Part shown: piece after piece, positions 7,650 to 10,762 of the stretch
How the letters are laid out: each line of letters starts with the position of its first letter
Numbering within the stretch: the first letter of the stretch is position 1
From: Octopus sinensis
Lineage: Eukaryota
Assembly (NCBI RefSeq): GCF_006345805.1
Contig: NW_021827136.1
Location: forward strand, 1 to 10,762
Direction: 5' to 3'
DNA: 10,762 bases
Translations under genes and position numbers: made by a program
Notes under the pieces: generated by a model
Databases searched by the model: none
What the model saw: only the letters and a program-made list of their open reading frames with translations
What the model was told of the DNA's origin: nothing

Positions 7650-7700
7650 ACATACATACATACATACATACACACACATTCCCACCACCACCACCACCAC
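7650..7700. repeat. (CATA)n and (CCA)n microsatellites
   Basis: Direct reading. Confidence 0.85.
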
Positions 7701-8150
7701 TACACATATATATAGGGAGAAAGAGTGAAAGAGGTAGAGAGAAAGAGAGAAGGTGATGGAGGTGGAGTTAGGGAATTAATTTCAAGAGAAAGCCGGCAGT
7801 TTGTTGGGTGAGTGAGAGGTGTGGTCGGAGTAGTGTTTTTATTGGCTAGTCTATTTATTAGCATTTTTGTTTGACGATAAAAGCCCCGAACAAACAAATT
7901 TAATGACATAGGGGTCGCTGCTGATGTTGTTTTTGTTGTTGATGAGAATCATGTTCATGGTGAGCATGATAATGTTGTTGTTATTGGTGATACTCACTCT
8001 CTCGCCCCCTCTCCCTCTCTCTCTCTCTCTTTTTCTTTTGGCTGATGTCTCTCCTTTGTGTGTTGTTGTTGTAATTATTATTGAACATTCGAGAGTAAAA
8101 TATGGGTTAAAGACATAGATTGATATATAGATATATAGATTTATAGTTAA

Positions 8151-8151
<1 letters not shown>

Positions 8152-8247
<96 letters not shown>
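8152..8247. repeat. Perfect (TCTA)24 microsatellite
   Basis: 96 bp of uninterrupted TCTA. Confidence 0.95.
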
Positions 8248-8332
8248 AGATAGATAAACAGCCGGGCAGACAGGCTGACAGACAGTCAGACTGACAGAGT
8301 GAAGGATGGATCGACAGACAGATAGATTGATG

Positions 8333-8369
<37 letters not shown>

Positions 8370-8464
8370 ATAGATAATCAAGAGAGAGAGAAGAGAGGGG
8401 ACTAACAGACAGATAGACAGAAAAACAGATCGACAGATAGACAGACAGATAGATTGATAGATAT

Positions 8465-8519
<55 letters not shown>

Positions 8520-8520
8520 T

Positions 8521-8555
<35 letters not shown>

Positions 8556-8710
8556 CAATCCAACCGGCCGGGCAGACAAGCTGACAGACAGACAGAGTGA
8601 CGGATGGACCGACAGACAGGCAGACAGATAGATAGATAGATAGATAGGTAGATAGATAGATAAATAGATATATATATATAGATAAATAGAATGACAGATA
8701 GATAGATACT
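8248..8710. repeat. (GATA)n/(GACA)n mosaic containing a diverged internal duplication
   Basis: GATA runs at about 8335-8368, 8466-8553 and 8627-8670; the duplicated non-simple motif starts at 8261 and 8567. Confidence 0.9.
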
Positions 8711-8769
8711 GTGGGTAAGAATTCTCATTTTACACTCACACATAGACACACCGACATTCACAAACACAC

Positions 8770-8770
8770 T

Positions 8771-8810
<40 letters not shown>

Positions 8811-8846
8811 CCTCTCTCTCTCTCTCTCTCTCTCTCTTCCTCCCTC
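8770..8846. repeat. (CT)n polypyrimidine tract
   Basis: Direct reading. Confidence 0.92.
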
Positions 8847-9300
8847 GGCCACAATTTCTCCCCCCTCCCACCAGTCGTTGCCCCATTTTCTAGCATGCAA
8901 CTCTCATTTAATATCCATATATAAAGAGACTTTGCAAGAATCCCAGTTCATTATTGAATTAATTATCGGATTTATGGGTAGAGTCCCCATTTTATTTCTC
9001 GACGTCACATGCGTGTCTGTTCCAATCTGAAAAGAAAGCTATCGCCTTTGAATATTTTGTCATGCGCACAACACTGCACTGTGCTTCTTTGTGCGCATGC
9101 TCAAGACAGTTTATAATCTGAAATACAGATATCTCGAGTTTACTGAAAATCTGTCCATCCATTTCTTGATTTTTCCTTCTGCTAGTAGTAGTTTTTTTGA
9201 AGTTTTTCAGAGAGTTTATACAACTTCTTGGGAGATGTTTCAAATTAAGATACTTCACTGTGTTTGTAAATAAGTGACGATGAGTTGGTTGGGCTGTCGA

Positions 9301-9795
9301 TGCATGCAGGCATGTATGTAAGCATACATGAATGCATGTATGTATGTATGTATGTATGTATTTATGTATATATACAGGTATGTATGCATATATTTGTAGG
9401 TATACATGAATTTATTTATGTATATATGCATGTGCACGTATGTATGTAGAAATGTCTGTTTGTATGTAGGCATGGATGTATGCGTGCATATATATATATG
9501 TATGTATGTATGTATCTATGCATGTACCTATGTATATATGCATGTATGTATGAATGTATGCATGTATGCATGTATGCATATATGAATATAGGTATGTCTG
9601 TATGCATACACACATATATATGTGCAGGTTGGTCTGTCTGTATGTATGCATGTATGAATGTATGCATGTATGTATATATGAATGTAGGTATGTTTATATG
9701 CATACACTTGTGTATGTATGTGTGTACGCATGTTATGTATGCAGGTCCCTATGCAAGCATGCAAGTATGTATTTACACGGACATGTATGCATGTA
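9301..9795. repeat. Degenerate (TATG)n/(TGCA)/(TA) alternating purine-pyrimidine mosaic
   Basis: Direct reading; repeated TGTATGCATG and TATGTATG words. Confidence 0.9.
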
Positions 9796-10047
9796 CAAAG
9801 GTTGAGCAACGAAGCGTAGGAGGCACGATAGCCTCACTGAGCGTAAAAGACACCCGATGTTTGTTAGGCTATCCCTGTATGAACTGATTAACTCGTATAT
9901 AAAAGCCGTTGCTGTACTGAACCGGAGATGTGGCACCTTCCTTGTCTCTGGACTTCTTGCTATTCCTAGTAAGAGTCGTGAACTTCATGAACAGAAAGAC
10001 ATACCTGGGCCTCTGCATTTAATTTTGGTTTTAAATTTCGACACAAT

Positions 10048-10172
10048 GTCGACCCCGAAAGGATATAAGGCAAAATTGACTTCGGCGGTAATTGAACTTA
10101 GAACGTAAAGACGAACGAAATGCCGCGAAGCATTTATCCTGGCGCTGTTACGATTCTACCAGCTTTCGGCTT
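10048..10172 (-). mobile_element. tRNA-derived SINE (Octopus-type), 5' portion, copy 1
   Basis: The + strand reads TCGACCCCGAAAGGATATAAGGCAAAATTGACTTCGGCGGTAATTGAACTTAGAACGTAAAGACGAACGAAATGCCGCGAAGCATTT...GGCG...GATTCTACCAGCT. It is colinear with copy 3 (10474-10590), and the B-box-like GTTCAA lies on the minus strand. Confidence 0.8.
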
Positions 10173-10194
10173 GCCTATGGAACTAATATTGATA

Positions 10195-10358
10195 TCAAAT
10201 TTTGATTCAAGGCCAGCAGTTTTCGGCTAATACAATTACAAAATCGACATCAGTGATAAACATTACTATCTATAATCTATCGGCATCGAAAAGAAGAAAG
10301 GCAAAGTCGACCTCCCTCAGCGGATTTGAACTCAAAGTGTAGTGCCCAACGAAATACC
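10195..10358 (-). mobile_element. Same SINE superfamily, older diverged copy 2, lacking the 5' head
   Basis: GAAAGGCAAAGTCGACCTC (10296-10314) is identical to copy 3. GGATTTGAACTC (10322-10333) reads GAGTTCAAATCC on the minus strand, a B-box match. The tail CAAATTTTG...AAGGCCAGCAG differs from the copy 3 tail. Confidence 0.7.
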
Positions 10359-10592
10359 TATTTCTTCACTACGCCACTACCCAGTTCTAAAACACAGAGT
10401 GGACAAACAAGGACAGACAAACGGATTAAGTCGATCATATCGACCCCATTGCGTAACTGGTACTTATTAATTAATCGACCCCGCCATAACGATTGAAAGG
10501 CAAAGTCGACCTCGCGGCGAATTTGAACTCAGAACATACCAGCAGACGAATTGCCGCAAAGCATTTCGCCGCCCGGCGTGCTGCCGGTTCTA
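10359..10592 (-). mobile_element. Near full-length SINE (Octopus-type), copy 3
   Basis: The minus strand reads head ...AGCACGCCGGGC...GAAATGCTTTGCGGCAATTCGTCTG...TCTGAGTTCAAATTCGCC, then core GAGGTCGACTTTGCCTTTCAATC...GGGGTCGATT...AATAAGTACCAGTTACGCAATGGGGTCGATATGATCGACTTAATCCGTTTGTCTGTCCTTGTTTGTCC, then tail ...GAAGAAATA. It is homologous to copies 1 and 2 in this window; family recognition is from memory. Confidence 0.82.
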
Positions 10593-10762
10593 CCAAAGAA
10601 CAACAATATCATCATTATCTACAACAATCAAATAATCGGAATGCATTTGTGAAGTCATTCTACACAGTCTACAATAAAATAACACCAAATTTCCTCATAT
10701 CACAAGTACTATATTATAAACAAGATATTCTAGATAGGGCAACATGAACCAAAAAGAGGAGC

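Noticed and set aside
6991-7650. Second foldback element (TGTGAGAGT...GCATATACAT at about 6991-7021 versus the reverse complement of about 7611-7650)
   Set aside because: It needs several gaps, and both arms are low-complexity alternating purine-pyrimidine sequence, which inflates chance similarity.
9896-9905. TATA box (TATATAAAAG) of a promoter or solo LTR
   Set aside because: No initiator, downstream ORF, polyadenylation signal, TG...CA boundaries or TSD support it. The motif is common in AT-rich DNA.
9-10747. Remaining ORFs in the six-frame track (YI, HT, CV, LSIY, MYVC repeats; 5310-5504, 8992-9258, 9857-10108, 10493-10747)
   Set aside because: Most are translations of microsatellites. 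The others are short, have no recognisable protein motif, and two run through SINE sequence.

Overview
Non-coding, repeat-saturated animal genomic DNA. It is very likely octopus, because the SINE-like segments match Octopus interspersed repeats as I recall them; this was not database-checked. No protein-coding gene is supportable, and nearly all listed ORFs are translations of microsatellites. Main contents: (1) an 84-bp-arm foldback element with a (CA)n(TA)n core at 70-345; (2) a decayed 3' end of an RTE-clade LINE at about 2042-2340, followed by a tRNA-derived SINE at about 2369-2852; (3) a 31-copy, 58-bp tandem array at 3515-5304; (4) extensive ACC/GGT, GATA/TCTA, GA/CT, CA and TATG simple repeats; (5) three minus-strand SINE copies at about 10048-10590. 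The most unusual structure is the 58-bp array. Its units come in two variants arranged in a 5-unit higher-order pattern (BAABA). Units 2-31 carry an invariant core with an 18-bp near-palindrome, and all 31 units carry a Pol III B-box match (GGTTCGATTC).
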